A DNA stretch of 64,000 nt, taken from assembly GCF_009914755.1 (NCBI RefSeq), contig NC_060947.1; one strand, 5' to 3'. The DNA is from the human T2T-CHM13v2.0 reference genome, Homo sapiens. Below, piece after piece: positions 1-12,789 of the stretch. Below the pieces are notes generated by a model that had not been told where the DNA came from, searched no databases, and saw only the letters and a program-made list of their open reading frames with translations. Both the position numbers and the translations under genes were made by a program. The number at the start of each line of letters is the position of its first letter. Position 1 is the stretch's first letter.

Positions 1-76
1 CGAGATCAAGCCACTGCATTCCAGCCTGGGCGATAGAGCGAGACTCCATCTCTAAATAAATAAAAAAATAAATAAA
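1..76 (+). mobile_element. Alu 3' end with (TAAA)n tail, cut by the window edge
   Basis: CCACTGCATTCCAGCCTGGGCGATAGAGCGAGACTCCATCTC followed by an A-rich tail. Confidence 0.95.
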
Positions 77-328
77 GGTTTAATCCATCTTCAAATTCTT
101 CTAGTTTACATGGCCAAGGCATTGATAAAACTTCAGGACCACAACTCTCTTCTTTTCCCTATAGGCTTTTGTTTGTGGTTTTTTACAATTAAAATTATAT
201 TAGGCTCTACAATCATATTTTCATCAGATTAGAATTAAAAACAAAGAGCTATTACTTGTGGATGTTCTATTTATTTAACAGAATTATCTAATGGAGGCTT
301 TTTGTTGTTTTGTTTTGCTCATATTTGT

Positions 329-630
<302 letters not shown>

Positions 631-1649
631 TTGTTTTGTTCCTATTTGTTAAGTCCTTGGATTCACCCTTTTGTATTTTAAAAAGACAGAAGCCTATATC
701 TATTTTAATTGATATTTCTAAACAAATCTACTTGGATTTAGCAATGATATTTTACTGATATATATATTTATTCCACCAACTTCTTATCATCATATTTAAT
801 CACTCTAGTATAAAAGAAATCATGACAGTCAATACTTTTTAAAGCAAAATTAAAAAACTTTTCACTTATTAAACATGTAAGCAGTAACTTAAAAAATACT
901 CAAGGCAATTCAAAAGAAAAATTAAGATCAGAAGCAATTACCTTGTTCCACTTGTGCAAAACATTTTTTTTTCCATTACAGGAGTTATTTATGATAGGAT
1001 ATTACAAATGACTGTCTTTTTTTGTGTGTGTTTACTCTCTTCTCTCTAACTGAAGCAAGAAGGTGCATATCAAATACTTTTCAGAATAGAGGCTTCTGAA
1101 TATTTCATGATATCTCTCAAGAAGCATGAGTCACATACTACCAGCTTCAAAAGGGACACCTCAAAATCTTGGTAATATATAAACAGGTTAATAAAATAAC
1201 TACCAAGAATGGAAATATGAAAATGTAATTTTTTTTTTGGAAAAACAATGTTTTAAAGATCACTTTCCTTATAGAATTTTGAAAAAACTTGACATTGAAT
1301 GCACAGCTATGCAAACAGTAGGTTGCACAACAGGCATGTGTGGCATTCTCCTAATAATTTAAGTTAATAATTTAAAAATTGAATATTTAGAATATAGTAC
1401 AGTATTTCTTAATTATGAGATTAACTTTTTAAAATCCATCAAGCTATTTTTATGGAGATAAAATTAAAGAGAAATTGGAATAGTCAAGTTCATTTATTAA
1501 AGAAACTTCCAAAACATGTCTTTTTATCTATTAGGTAACTTTTAACAAATAAATTTAAATTTGAAGAAATCTTAAAATATCTACTTTACGCTATTCATTT
1601 TAGAAACAAAAACTGACCTATACAAGATAGGTTACTTGCTGTACCGATG

Positions 1650-2106
1650 AAGATTAACATTGTAAGAAACATTGTCAAACTATCAATCAGAAACAGAAAA
1701 ATAACTGTTGGAAGAACATCAGAAAGCTCACAAAGCTGAGAAGAAGGCCAAAGAATCAGACTGTCAAAATAACACACATGTAGTAAGATATGCAGCTGGG
1801 TATTCAGCCAAACTTAGGACACATGTAAAGTCTGATTAGGATGCCTCTGCTAGCATCACGGTGACTGGATAAACAGTGTCCTTTTTGTTATGCCTTCAAG
1901 TTTCAGAATGTCAGATCAGGACAGCCTAATTGTGCAGCCTATGTCATGTGCTTGTCTCATGGCTCTTTCAGGAAAAAAGTGGAAATATCCACCATGATGG
2001 CTTCTGTAGTGGAAAACAGGGCCCTCAGCCTACCCTGCTCTAAAAAAAGAAAAAAAAAAGCTGTTCAGATGTTCAATACCAAAAATAATGATATGTGCCT
2101 ACTACA
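1650..2106 (-). mobile_element. Ancient MLT1-like (MaLR) LTR
   Basis: Degenerate similarity to antisense MLT1 LTRs (AGCTCACAAAG..., GCCTAATTGTGCAGCCTATGTCATGTGC, ending GTGCCTACTACA); family call from memory. Confidence 0.4.
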
Positions 2107-2495
2107 GAATTGCCAGAATCCAAATTCTTGCTTCTTTCTTATCTAAATTTCCAAATCAATAGGCCATGCTTGGTTAATCAAAATAGTAACAAGTCACAAT
2201 CTCTAGGTGATGCCTCAGTATTAGGTAATAATCTTGTATCAGTAATCTAAAGTCCACCATTATGCATTCCACTTATAGTAGGAAGGATGAAAGAACAGAA
2301 AAGAAGGGCAGTTATTTAGTATCTGTCTATGTATAAGTGACACAACAAGCAAGGTAGGAAATATGAGTAAGAGGGTACATTATCTTTCTCGTTTTTCTCC
2401 AGATTGTAGGTATTTACAATGTTTCTCTTTACTCATTCTATGTTCCCATTTTTTCAGCCACCTCCTGAGCTGATTAAGAGTTAATTAGGTCCATG

Positions 2496-3311
2496 TGACA
2501 GGGACAGAAGGCAGGGAAATTCTGGGCACAAGAGGGCAGGTCCCTGGTGAAAGCCCCACTCTCAAGCCAAAAATCCTGCCACCATGGCCCAAAGTGAGAA
2601 ATGTATATCTCTGTTTTCCCGCTTGAATGTTGCCTTTTCCAAAACCAGCCACATCCTGCCCCCACCCCCAATCCTGTGCCCATAAAAACCCCAAGTTCTG
2701 CTGGCAGAGAGGAGAAACACCTGGACGTCGGAGACTGTGGCTGGACATCAGAGAGAAGCAGCTTTACTTCAGAGGGACAGCTTGATGGTGTAGCTTTGGA
2801 GAGGCGTCGGCCAGGGATGGCTGGACTCCAGGGGAAGATTACCTTATGGGTCCATCCCCTTTTCAACTCCCCTTCCCACTGACAGCCACTTTCAACAGCA
2901 ATAAAATCCCCCGCATTTACCACCTTCAATTCATTTGTGCGAACTCATTCCTCCTGGACGCTGGTCAAGAACTCAGGAGCCACAAGTATGGGTGCAAAAG
3001 ACTGTCACACTGACCCTCCACTGAGCTGTGAACACTTAAGCTGTCCGTGGATTGCAAAGCTAAAAGGGCACTGTAACACTTCCTCTGGGGCTTCAGGGGT
3101 TGCAGGCACCCTCCCCTAGATGCTGCTACAGGGGCAGTACAGAGCTTGCTCTTGCCAGTGCCCAAGAGCACTCACCCCGGCTCCTGTACCCACTCACCTG
3201 TGCTCACCCTCCCACGAGGGGTGGACCAGTAAGTTAGTGGAGTTTGTCCCTGCGGGCGCCCATGCACTCCAGTTCCCATCCATTAAGGGGTCAGGGAAAT
3301 ATCCTCCTTCT
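2496..3311 (+). mobile_element. ERV1 solo LTR, LTR1/LTR27/LTR28 (HUERS-P/MER52) group
   Basis: Starts TGACAGGGACAGAAGGCAGGGAAATTCTGG; CATAAAA and AATAAA inside; 4-bp TSD CATG (2492-2495, 3312-3315). Confidence 0.85.
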
Positions 3312-4426
3312 CATGTACATATTTATTTCTGAGTGGTATAAGCCTTCAGTGCTTTTCTTTCATATAGTCACAGGAGTTTTCCATTATCCCTTACCTCAGA
3401 CAGTGTAGTATGAGGAATCACTCGAGGAAATCATCCAAGTTTCATACACACTTCTTTTTGCCTCTGTTATAGATCAGCAATCTTATTTCTTCTTCATAAT
3501 TTGGATCAGTTATTCCAACTAACACTTTAACTTTTCCCCCGTCCATCTTTAGTTTTTTTTTTTTCATTTTTTCTCTTTTCTCTCCCTATTATTTTTTTTT
3601 ATTATGCCTGATTACCCAATGATATTAAGAGGCTGAAATTGTCAGTTGTCAATCATTTACAACTTAAAAGGAACGTTATTATATTCCACAGTGGAAACAT
3701 TCATTTTAGGATTCTCAAATGAGAGCCCAGACATATGAAGATCTAAAGTAAAACTGAGTGAGTCACTGGTTTTAATCTGAAAGCCACCATCTCTTGCCGT
3801 TTAATACTTATCTCATAAATGCTGGCTAGAAATAATGATATATTATGCACTGATTTAGATCTTACCCAGCATCCTGTAAGACAATGCAGTAGTATCTCTT
3901 TTAAGTCCCTTATCACCAAAAGCCTCTGCTGTAAATTGCTGTTTATACTTACTTCAGGCCATCTTTTCTTACAAGCAAAGTGAACTACTAAATGGGCCAT
4001 TTGCAATTTTGTCCACTGGAAAGATTTCACCTTTTGATAGCATCCTTCTGGGCAATCTCTAACATAACATGATCATCAATCTTTGACATAGGTCAGCAAA
4101 TGATGCAGAACCGTATATAATCTAAGCTCAAATATTTTCCTCAGTTCATTGATTATAGAAAACTCCACATAAAACCAGAAGCATAGGCTAAGGAGGGATG
4201 CCAATGAGGCAGGAGTAAGCATTCCCAGAGTTTGAATCATCCTGCTCATATTACTAGATACTGGAGCACTCCTGACTAAATAACTGATTTCAGCAAATCA
4301 GAAACAAATATTTAGTTTATATTTGGTAGTACCATTTACCTCATTTACGTGGTCACCTACTGTTCTGTTGTCAGGGGAGCAAAATCCACCATGGTTTCAC
4401 ATAGAAAGGCTGAGCCCACTTCATGA

Positions 4427-4519
4427 TTATATGTGTGTATATATACACTATATATTCATATATATATATATATATATACTATATATTCATATATATATGT
4501 ACACACACACATATATATG
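4427..4519. repeat. (TA)n/(CA)n compound microsatellite inside ERV-L pol
   Basis: Direct reading. Confidence 0.9.
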
Positions 4520-5188
4520 CCTTTTTAGAAAAGTGTATGATTTGCTTATGAAGCCTTGACACAGTTTCCATACATCTAACATGGTTATTTTAGGTAATAT
4601 TGAATCTGCTTGGACATAATGCCGAAAGGAAAGGTCCGCTTGTAGTGCATCTGCTTGGATAGATTTAACTCAAAGCGTCCTTTATATTAACGCAGCATAG
4701 ATCAAGTAGTACCCTCAAATGTTGTTGAATTCAAAATCAAAGAATTCCTAAGTATTATTGTGCTTTCTCCTTAGCATTAGAAGGTGTAATCTGTGCCCTA
4801 CTTTGGAAGGAATATTTTAACTTGGTCCAGACAACTGGACTCAGAAGCATTAGGATTTTTTTTCACTGGGTTTAATGTCTCTTTGTCTCTCACCCTGGCC
4901 AGCATGTGCCTTACAAAAGTGCGTGAGATTTCTACTATTTCAGTTCTATCAGTATGATGTCATAATGTAGCTGAACTGTGTGATAATGAAATGCTCAAGA
5001 TTAAATTTGAGTTTAGATTCTATAGCCATAATGCAAGATGTCTGTTCTTTGTAGGTGATGGCAAACAGCCTCTATTTTTTGTTTTTGCTTTTACAGCTAA
5101 TTTTGTTTGTTTGTTTTTAAATCAATACCTGTGACAAGATGTCAGGAACTACACAGATTGACTCCAGTAAGGAAGCCCCATGTGGAGG

Positions 5189-6173
5189 TGATAGAGGCAG
5201 GAGGCAGAGAAACTCTAGGCAGACAGGGGTAGGTCCCTGGCAAAACCCCACCTTCAAACCAAAAAGTCTGAAACCCATGGCCCAAAGTGAGAACTTTTAT
5301 CCTGGTTTGCCCACTGTCTCCTGATTGGTTCTTTCCGAATAATATCTTTTTACCAATCGAATGCTGCGTTTTCCAAAACTACCTATGGCCCACCCCATCC
5401 CCCATCCTGTGCCTATAAAGACCCCAGACTCATCTGGTAGAGGGGAGAAGTGGCTGGATGTTGGGGAGAGGTGACCTGACTTCAGAGGTGATGGCTGGGC
5501 ATCAGAGAGAGGCAACTTGATTTTGGAGGAGAGAGAGGCAGAGAGACGATTTGACTTCAGGAGAGAGCCATTTGCCCTTCCCATCCACTTTCCAGCTCCT
5601 TTCTCCACTGACAGCCACTTTCATCACTCAATAATATTCTCTGCATTCACCATCCTTCAATTTGTCCATGTGACCTCATTCTTCTTGGGCACAAGACAAG
5701 AATTTGGGACCCACCAAATGCAGGTACCCAAAAAGGCTGTCACACTGACCCTTTGCCCTCACTGGCAGAGGGCAGTCGCCCCATGCAAAGAGGCAAAGGG
5801 CCCACTGAGCTGATAACACACTGCTGTCCACAGACAGAGGAGCTAAGAGAGCATTGTAACATGCCCTCTTGGGCCTTGGGGTCGCAGGCACCTCCACCTG
5901 GACTCTGCCGCAGGGCCTGCATGGACTTTGGTCCTGCCGGTGCCAAAGCAGCCAGTCGGTTCCTGCACTTGCTTGCCTATGTGCTCCCTCCCATGAGGGG
6001 TGGGGTGCGGTGGGCCCAAGTAAACAGAATTTGCTTCTGCTGGCAACGAAGTGGCTGACTGGTTACCTTACTCACTTGCCTAAGTGTTCCCTCCCACGAG
6101 GGGTTGAGCACAGTGGGCTGAATAAATGAATAAAACAGGTCCCATGACGGGGTCAAGAAAATATCCTGTGTCA
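5189..6173 (+). mobile_element. ERV1 solo LTR, LTR27/LTR28/MER52 group, inserted in ERV-L RT
   Basis: TG...CA ends, TATAAA at ~5414, collinear with the 2496 LTR; ERV-L RT reading resumes on both sides. Confidence 0.85.
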
Positions 6174-6789
6174 GAATAGCCACATATTAAGTTCATTTAT
6201 GATAATCTATTGTCATTTTCTGGGAGACATCTACCTTCTTCATTAGTTAATCTGAGTTCAAGAATGGAGATACAATAAGCATCTCAATTTCTGATTTTTT
6301 CTTCAATTCTTTGACCTAATTCCCTTGATTCTTCTAAGCATGCTGGATTCCTTTTTTGTTAATTATCAGAGTTTATGAAGATGATTTCAGAAACAAACAC
6401 TTGCTCCAATGCAATGGAAAAGCCGATATTCCAAGTCAGAGAACTAATGTGGGATCTTGCTATTCATCAAGCCTGTTTATAAAACACACAATCAACTAGT
6501 GGTGAAATGAATGTAGAATGGGTTTTGCAATCACTGTGGTTCTACCATGAAGCTCGTTTAGAAAACAATTCAAGTTATAACAGGACCCTTATAAGCCTAC
6601 ACTCACTGGCAAAGTGAATTGATGTTTTCAGTCTATATAAGTTGGTGTTAGTTCAAAGTTGGTTCAAAAGAGTCCCTTAAAATCCTGACATTTTTATTTC
6701 TCACGTATAAATTTGCCCTGGTAAAGGACCATAAGTCCTAAAGTGGAAGGCTAGGAGAAATTGGCAAAGTATTTATGATATTATTATAA

Positions 6790-7250
6790 TGTAATTCTTC
6801 AAGAGTTAGGTTCTTCAGAAGCACGCCTAATGACAAAGAATAATGTACAAGTGATTTATTAAGGAAGTATTCCCAAGATTCAAGAACTGGAGGAAGCAAG
6901 AAAGAGGAAGAAACTGAACAAATGTGTAAATTTTAGGTAGTTTCAGCTTATTCCAACAGGGAATCTTTAGATTGTATATTACACCTCAAAATGTTCTTAG
7001 TAGAGATTATGAAGCTGGGGTTTTACATTCTCCCTCAAACATTAGTCATTTGCTAATGGCTTCTCGAGGGAATATAAACATTCAGGAACTTCGGTTCTCT
7101 GCTCATGTGGACAAAGATGTTCCAGTAGCCTAAAGGCAGTTCTGCAAAGAAGAATCAGAAGTAAAGCACACCAAAGATGGAGGAGATGCACAGAGAAACA
7201 AACAAAAAAGGATTAGAGGGGATCTCAGTGCTGCAATGATGAGGTCCACA
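6790..7250 (-). mobile_element. LTR33-like ERV-L LTR
   Basis: GGTTCTTCAGAAGCAC...GACAAAGAATAATGTACAAGTGATTTATT resembles the antisense LTR33 terminus; ends GTCCACA. Confidence 0.55.
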
Positions 7251-7268
7251 GAAGGTACTCAATGTCCC

Positions 7269-7726
7269 TGAAATCAGCCCAATTGTCCCATAGAACTGAT
7301 GTGTACCGCCTTTTAAAGTAAGTTTAGAAATGGACCCTCCAAGTCATAAAGCTTGAGACTTACATTTGTCTTATCTGAGCTCCTGCCTCAGGAAACCAAC
7401 CCTCAGGCCTCCCAGATAGTATCACAGAACTGAAACTCAACATATCACCACACCCAGACAGTGAGAAGCCAGACCCCTCATCCTTCATGGTTTCCTTACC
7501 CCTCCCTAATTCCTGTTTACCCACATGTAGTTACATTCCTTCCCCAATATATAAATTCCCAATTTTAGTCAGTCAGAGAGATGAATTTGCGAATGATCTT
7601 CCATTATCCTCAGCTGCAGCACCTGAATAAAGCCTTCTCCCCTAGCAATACTCATCTCAGTGATTTGCTTTCTGTGTAGCAAGCAGCAGTCAAGAACTAG
7701 ACCAAACTCCTAGCATTTTGGTAACA
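7269..7726 (+). mobile_element. LTR54-like ERV1 solo LTR, copy 1
   Basis: TGAAA..CCCAATTGTCCCATAGAACTGATG...TATAAA...AATAAAGCCTTC...GGTAACA; TSD TCCC/TCCT. Confidence 0.85.
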
Positions 7727-7825
7727 TCCTCTCAATGCAAGGTCTATAGGAACTGCAAAGAACTGAGAAAGGTAACAGTGATTCAAATTAAGTATCCACT
7801 CACCAGAGTTGAAGTTTTAAATTTA

Positions 7826-8008
7826 GATAAATGGCATGCAGGGCTTAAAACCTAGATGATGGGTTGATAGGTGCGGCAAACCACCATGGCACATGTATAC
7901 CTATGTAACAAACCTGCACGTTCTGCACATGTATCCCAGAACTTAAAGAAAAAAAAAACAACAAAACACCTTCTCAAGAACAAAAATAAATAAATAAATA
8001 AATAAAAA
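7826..8008 (+). mobile_element. L1PA 3' UTR end with A-rich tail
   Basis: GGGCTTAAAACCTAGATGATGGGTTGATAGGTGCGGCAAACCACCATGGCACATG...CCCAGAACTTAAAG plus tail. Confidence 0.9.
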
Positions 8009-8519
8009 TTAAACATGACTTTAGTGAGCTATCATTTTGGCTCTAAAGATCCTATAATCTTTTAACCACTGCCAAAGGCCACTATATACAAGATCACTTG
8101 GAATACTACTACTAATCTTGTTTATGTGTAAGCATGCCACTTCACTTACTGTTTAGGATCTTTTCCTACTACATACCCAAGGTATCTGTCATCTCTATGA
8201 AAATCAAGAGCCATTTCAATCTAGAATCTCTAACCAATAATCCAAAATTAGCCATAATATCCATCAGAACATTTCTCAAAGGTTAGAGTGACCCTGTCAC
8301 CAATATAATTCTTAAAGTCTTTATAAAGGTAATGTATTTTTGACCCTCCTGGGGAGGGAGTACAAATATTATGTGGGTAGGTGGATCACACGTTGAAAGT
8401 ATTACAGCATTTCTATAATCTGAAATATTTGAATTTATGAATTATTGTCATCTCAACTTCATTTATTATGGCTAATAATAGAATTTAGGTCTTCATGGAG
8501 TGCCTACGTCCTAGCTGCC

Positions 8520-9000
8520 AGACAGCAAGGTATAAAGAACACCTTGATCGTTATCTTATTTCTTTGCAAAGGAACCACAGATTTGATCAGATATCCCATT
8601 TTCTCCACAGACATGCAACTCATTAAAAATTGGGTCTAGTTGGTTCAGCAAAGTTCAGGTGACCTAAAAGACCTGGAAGTGTGCTTGTGAGCTTATGAAA
8701 ATGTTTCCTCACTCCTAAGGGAGCAGGCAAAGCATCTCTTATTCCTCTGGGAATTGTGCTGTCCAGATTGCTGCAGCTAACAATCTGAAAAAGTAGCCAA
8801 CTTTGAGGAATGAAGATAAGAGAGTTTAAAAATAACCTGGATCTTGAATGACATCACTGAGCTATTTAAATGTGTAACTCTGAAACTCTTCCTTATCTCT
8901 GAGCTTTGTGCTATTTGAGATAATGCAGTTATTTATCTTTTAATCCAGGGTGAGGTAGAGATTCTGCCACTTGCGGATGAAAGCATATTACCTGATAGAC
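8520..9000 (+). mobile_element. MLT1 (J/K-like) MaLR LTR
   Basis: 3' end ATTCTGCCACTTGCGGATGAAAGCATATTACCTGATAGA and internal CCTGGATCTTGAATGACATCACTGAGC are typical of MLT1. Confidence 0.6.
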
Positions 9001-10050
9001 TTGGAGATGAAATGTCTTGTCTCATTGGCTTCCATGAGTGGAGGCAGATATTTGCCTCTCAAGACTTACATTATTAGCCAAGGTACATATATATAAGCAG
9101 CTCAGAACTTAAGCCCCTGTTTTATAGATGCTCTAATTTTTTCTGGGCATATTGAATCTCTCAGAGCAAAACAAGAGAGCTGGGCAGTCTGTTTTATTAG
9201 TTTTATTCATACAAAACATGAGTAAGAGCCTCTTTGTGGCTCTTGGTTCAAAATTACTCATAATTAGTTCATATCAAATAATATTAGTCATAGGCAAGGG
9301 GATAATTTGAGACTGGATTTTTCAGAAAAAGAAATTTACTTAAAAATTAATATGATGAATTCATCTTAGTTAAATGAGCAATTTTAATTAAGTAATACTC
9401 AGCAAACAGTATTGTCAAGGCTTTGCTAGCATTAGTCATCCAGAAAACCATAGAGGTTTTTCCATTTAAAAAAAGCATGTGCAGAAGATATATTTCTTCA
9501 ATAGACTCACTTGACATATTTAAGTGAAACACTTATTTGGTGAGTGTGTAAGGATAGGAGGAAAAAACATGAGTATAAAATTTTATAAAATTATATTAAA
9601 TTGCTTTGGAAAATGAAATACATTTTTGGCCACATAAAGTTTGCAAATTTGTAATAATTAAGTGTCAAAATACATTATAAATTGGCAGCATATATCTAGT
9701 TTTATGAATCTAGAATGTTTAAGATTTTTAAGACGATATATATAATATATAATATATATAATTTAAAAATAAAATTCACAAAAGCTTTGATACTTTGCCT
9801 AAAAGCTTACTACATAATAAAAAAAGGATATAATAATAAGCAGTCCCTAATTTAGATAAATTTTCTATGAACTACTCATTGATATCATCAGTGATTAAGA
9901 AGATATAAACACTATGTAGGGACATTTATATATATTTTCAGTCAAATGTGAGGAAATATTGCAAATTAGCCTGAGAATTTAGCACTTATGCCTGATATGT
10001 GACTCAAACAAAGGCAAAATAATACCTTAAAGAAAACAATCTGTTTTTTT

Positions 10051-10224
10051 AAAAAAAATACAAAAATTAGCTGGACTTGGTGGTGCATGCCTGTAATCCC
10101 AGCTACTCAGGTGGCCGAGGCAGGAGAATTGCTTGAACCCAGGAAGCAGTGAGCAAAGATCGTACCACTGTGCTCCAGCCTGGGCAACAGAGTGAGACTC
10201 CGCCTCTTAAAAAAGAAAAAAAAA
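10051..10224 (+). mobile_element. Alu right monomer (5'-truncated, small internal deletion)
   Basis: AAAATACAAAAATTAGCTGG...GTGAGACTCCGCCTC plus A tail. Confidence 0.9.
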
Positions 10225-11499
10225 TCGATTTTACACCTATTAATGGCAGAAAGAAACCGGGATTGGATGAGTATTGAAAGAGACCCTTGTGTGAAACTGA
10301 GCAGAAATTTAAATGGGAAATTAAAAGAAGATATTGGTTAGGATCATTAAGAAATTTATTTTAAAAGACTATTGTAATGAGAGAGAATAGGGATATCTCT
10401 TTGTAAATCAGAAATATAGCATTGAAATTAGCATTGTCAGGTTTCAGGTTTCAAAGAAATTTTAATATGCTTTATTATATTCAAGCCTAAGAATCATTTC
10501 ACAAATTAAACCTTAGGAAAATTAAAACCGTAAACAAAGTGAAAACAATAAAAACAAAAAGTGATATGAGTGCACACCTACAATAATGCATATAAATACT
10601 AAAATTGACTGTTCAAATAATTTAAAATAAAGATTAGCTATATTAATAATAGTTGTATTAATAGTGTCAACTGTTAAAATTTTTGATAAGAATTCACATA
10701 ATTTAGTGGAAACTCATACTGTGAATGCAAAATTAGCCCAACTTTCCTTTAACCTTTTTACTTTTATTTCTGCAATTGTTACTCTTTGTTTTCCTTTTTT
10801 TCTTTATCTGATTTCATAAAAACTCATTTCGACCAAAGAGAAACTATTGGATCCAGTTTAATTTATTAGATGTATCTAAGTCCAAAAATAGGAACATGTT
10901 GGCCATTGAGACTGGAGAAGCTTAGTCCATAAGCCAGGATTATCATAATAAGTGTTGGAAGCATCTTTCCTTCCATTCATTGCATCAGTAGACACCACTT
11001 GAAATTTCTATGCAGCTAGAGGGATAACCAAGATAATGTCTTATCTTCCCTTTTTTAATCAAATTTCCATATTTATGCCCACTATCCCCTTCTTCCAGAG
11101 GACATTCTTTTTTCTCTAGCCATAATATTAGCATTAAGACACAGAAACATATTTAAACATGCCAAAACAGCATGACCCTGTTTATACTTTAAGCTTCTGT
11201 TCTGAACACTTCTCAATGTAATTTTATAAGTTAATCTGATCCATTACGCTTGAAGTATCAGGCTGATTGCTGTGGCTAGTACTGGCCTCAATAAGAGGCT
11301 TTACAGATTTTCAGATGTGAGTACAAGTGCTCATGAGCCCTTATTTCAGCCACCCAAAGCAAGTGGGTCCCAGAGAGTTGCTTATAATTGCAGATCTCCC
11401 TTCTCATAGCTAATTTAGAAACCCAAAGTTTGCAGGCAGCTTTCACTGCTTTTTATCAACTTTACTCTCCATTTTCCTTTTTTTTTTTTTTTGTTTTTT

Positions 11500-11666
11500 G
11501 AAATGATGAACATTGTGGTTCTTTCCACATTTTTACTGTTGTAAATAAAGTGGCCATTAACGTATTTTTTTAGAAGTCTTTGTATGAATATAAGCTTTCA
11601 TTTCTTTGAAGTAAATAGAAGGGCTAGAAGTAGAAGGTCTGGATCATACGGTGGTGTGTGTTTAAC
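11500..11666 (-). mobile_element. Old L1M-derived fragment, apparently carried as an Alu 3' transduction
   Basis: Resembles the antisense 3' end of L1M ORF2 (TTCCACATTTTTACTGTTGTAAATAAAG...GCTTTCATTTCTTTG...GGATCATACGGT); lies between two poly-T tracts inside one TSD. Confidence 0.65.
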
Positions 11667-11969
<303 letters not shown>

Positions 11970-12179
11970 TACTCTCCATTTTCTTCCTAGTGTTTCAAAA
12001 TATGGAGTTCACACTCCCGTAAGTTCGGAAAATTTAAGTCGCACTCAGAATTTTACCCACATATGTGTAGAAACTTGAAATATTTGAAAGTCTTAATCTT
12101 TCAAAGAAAATTATATTATCATAAAAACATTAAAAGCCATCAAACAAAAACCCTGTCTAGCAAATCAGTTTAGCGAAGT

Positions 12180-12292
12180 TGTCAGCTCCACTGAGGGCAG
12201 GCATCATGTGTGCTTTAAGACTGCTGTTTATATCTCTGAGTATAAAGAGTGCCTGGTGCAAAGGTGACAATAAATAGTTGTTTAATGAATGG
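12180..12292 (+). mobile_element. L2 3' end
   Basis: AGCTCCACTGAGGGCAGG...GTGCCTGG...AATAAATAGTTGTTTAATGAATG. Confidence 0.65.
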
Positions 12293-12459
12293 CAAGGAAA
12301 TAAACTTCAGTGTTTACTATTAACTTGGCACTTGATTTCTGACTCAATCTGATCTGTGTTAGTATAAGCCTATCTCTCCTTCTTAATTGTTAGCTATGAT
12401 TAGCAGAAGCTGTATTTTCTGTTATATTATTGTATTTAACAATTCTTACATTAATTTGA

Positions 12460-12789
<330 letters not shown>

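Larger units (their letters stand above)
2350..8500 (-). mobile_element. Decayed ERV-L internal region (gag, pro, RT, RNase H, IN C-terminus, dUTPase), interrupted by younger insertions
   Basis: Manual minus-strand translation gives ERV-L motifs in the correct order: gag QEGQKYITFIKTLRIILVTG (~8290-8355); pro DLWPFTR (~6715-6740) and QDPHISSLT (~6435-6465); RT KMTIDYHK (~6195-6220) and frameshifted YI[D]DIILI (~4946-4969); CGVFYNQ*TEE...YGSA (~4105-4170); KSFQWTKLQMAHLVVHFACKKRWP (ORF 3743-4030); IN VLQDAG*DLNQ (~3850-3885); dUTPase VLVGITDPNYEEEIRLLIYNRGKK (~3455-3525). Confidence 0.8.
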
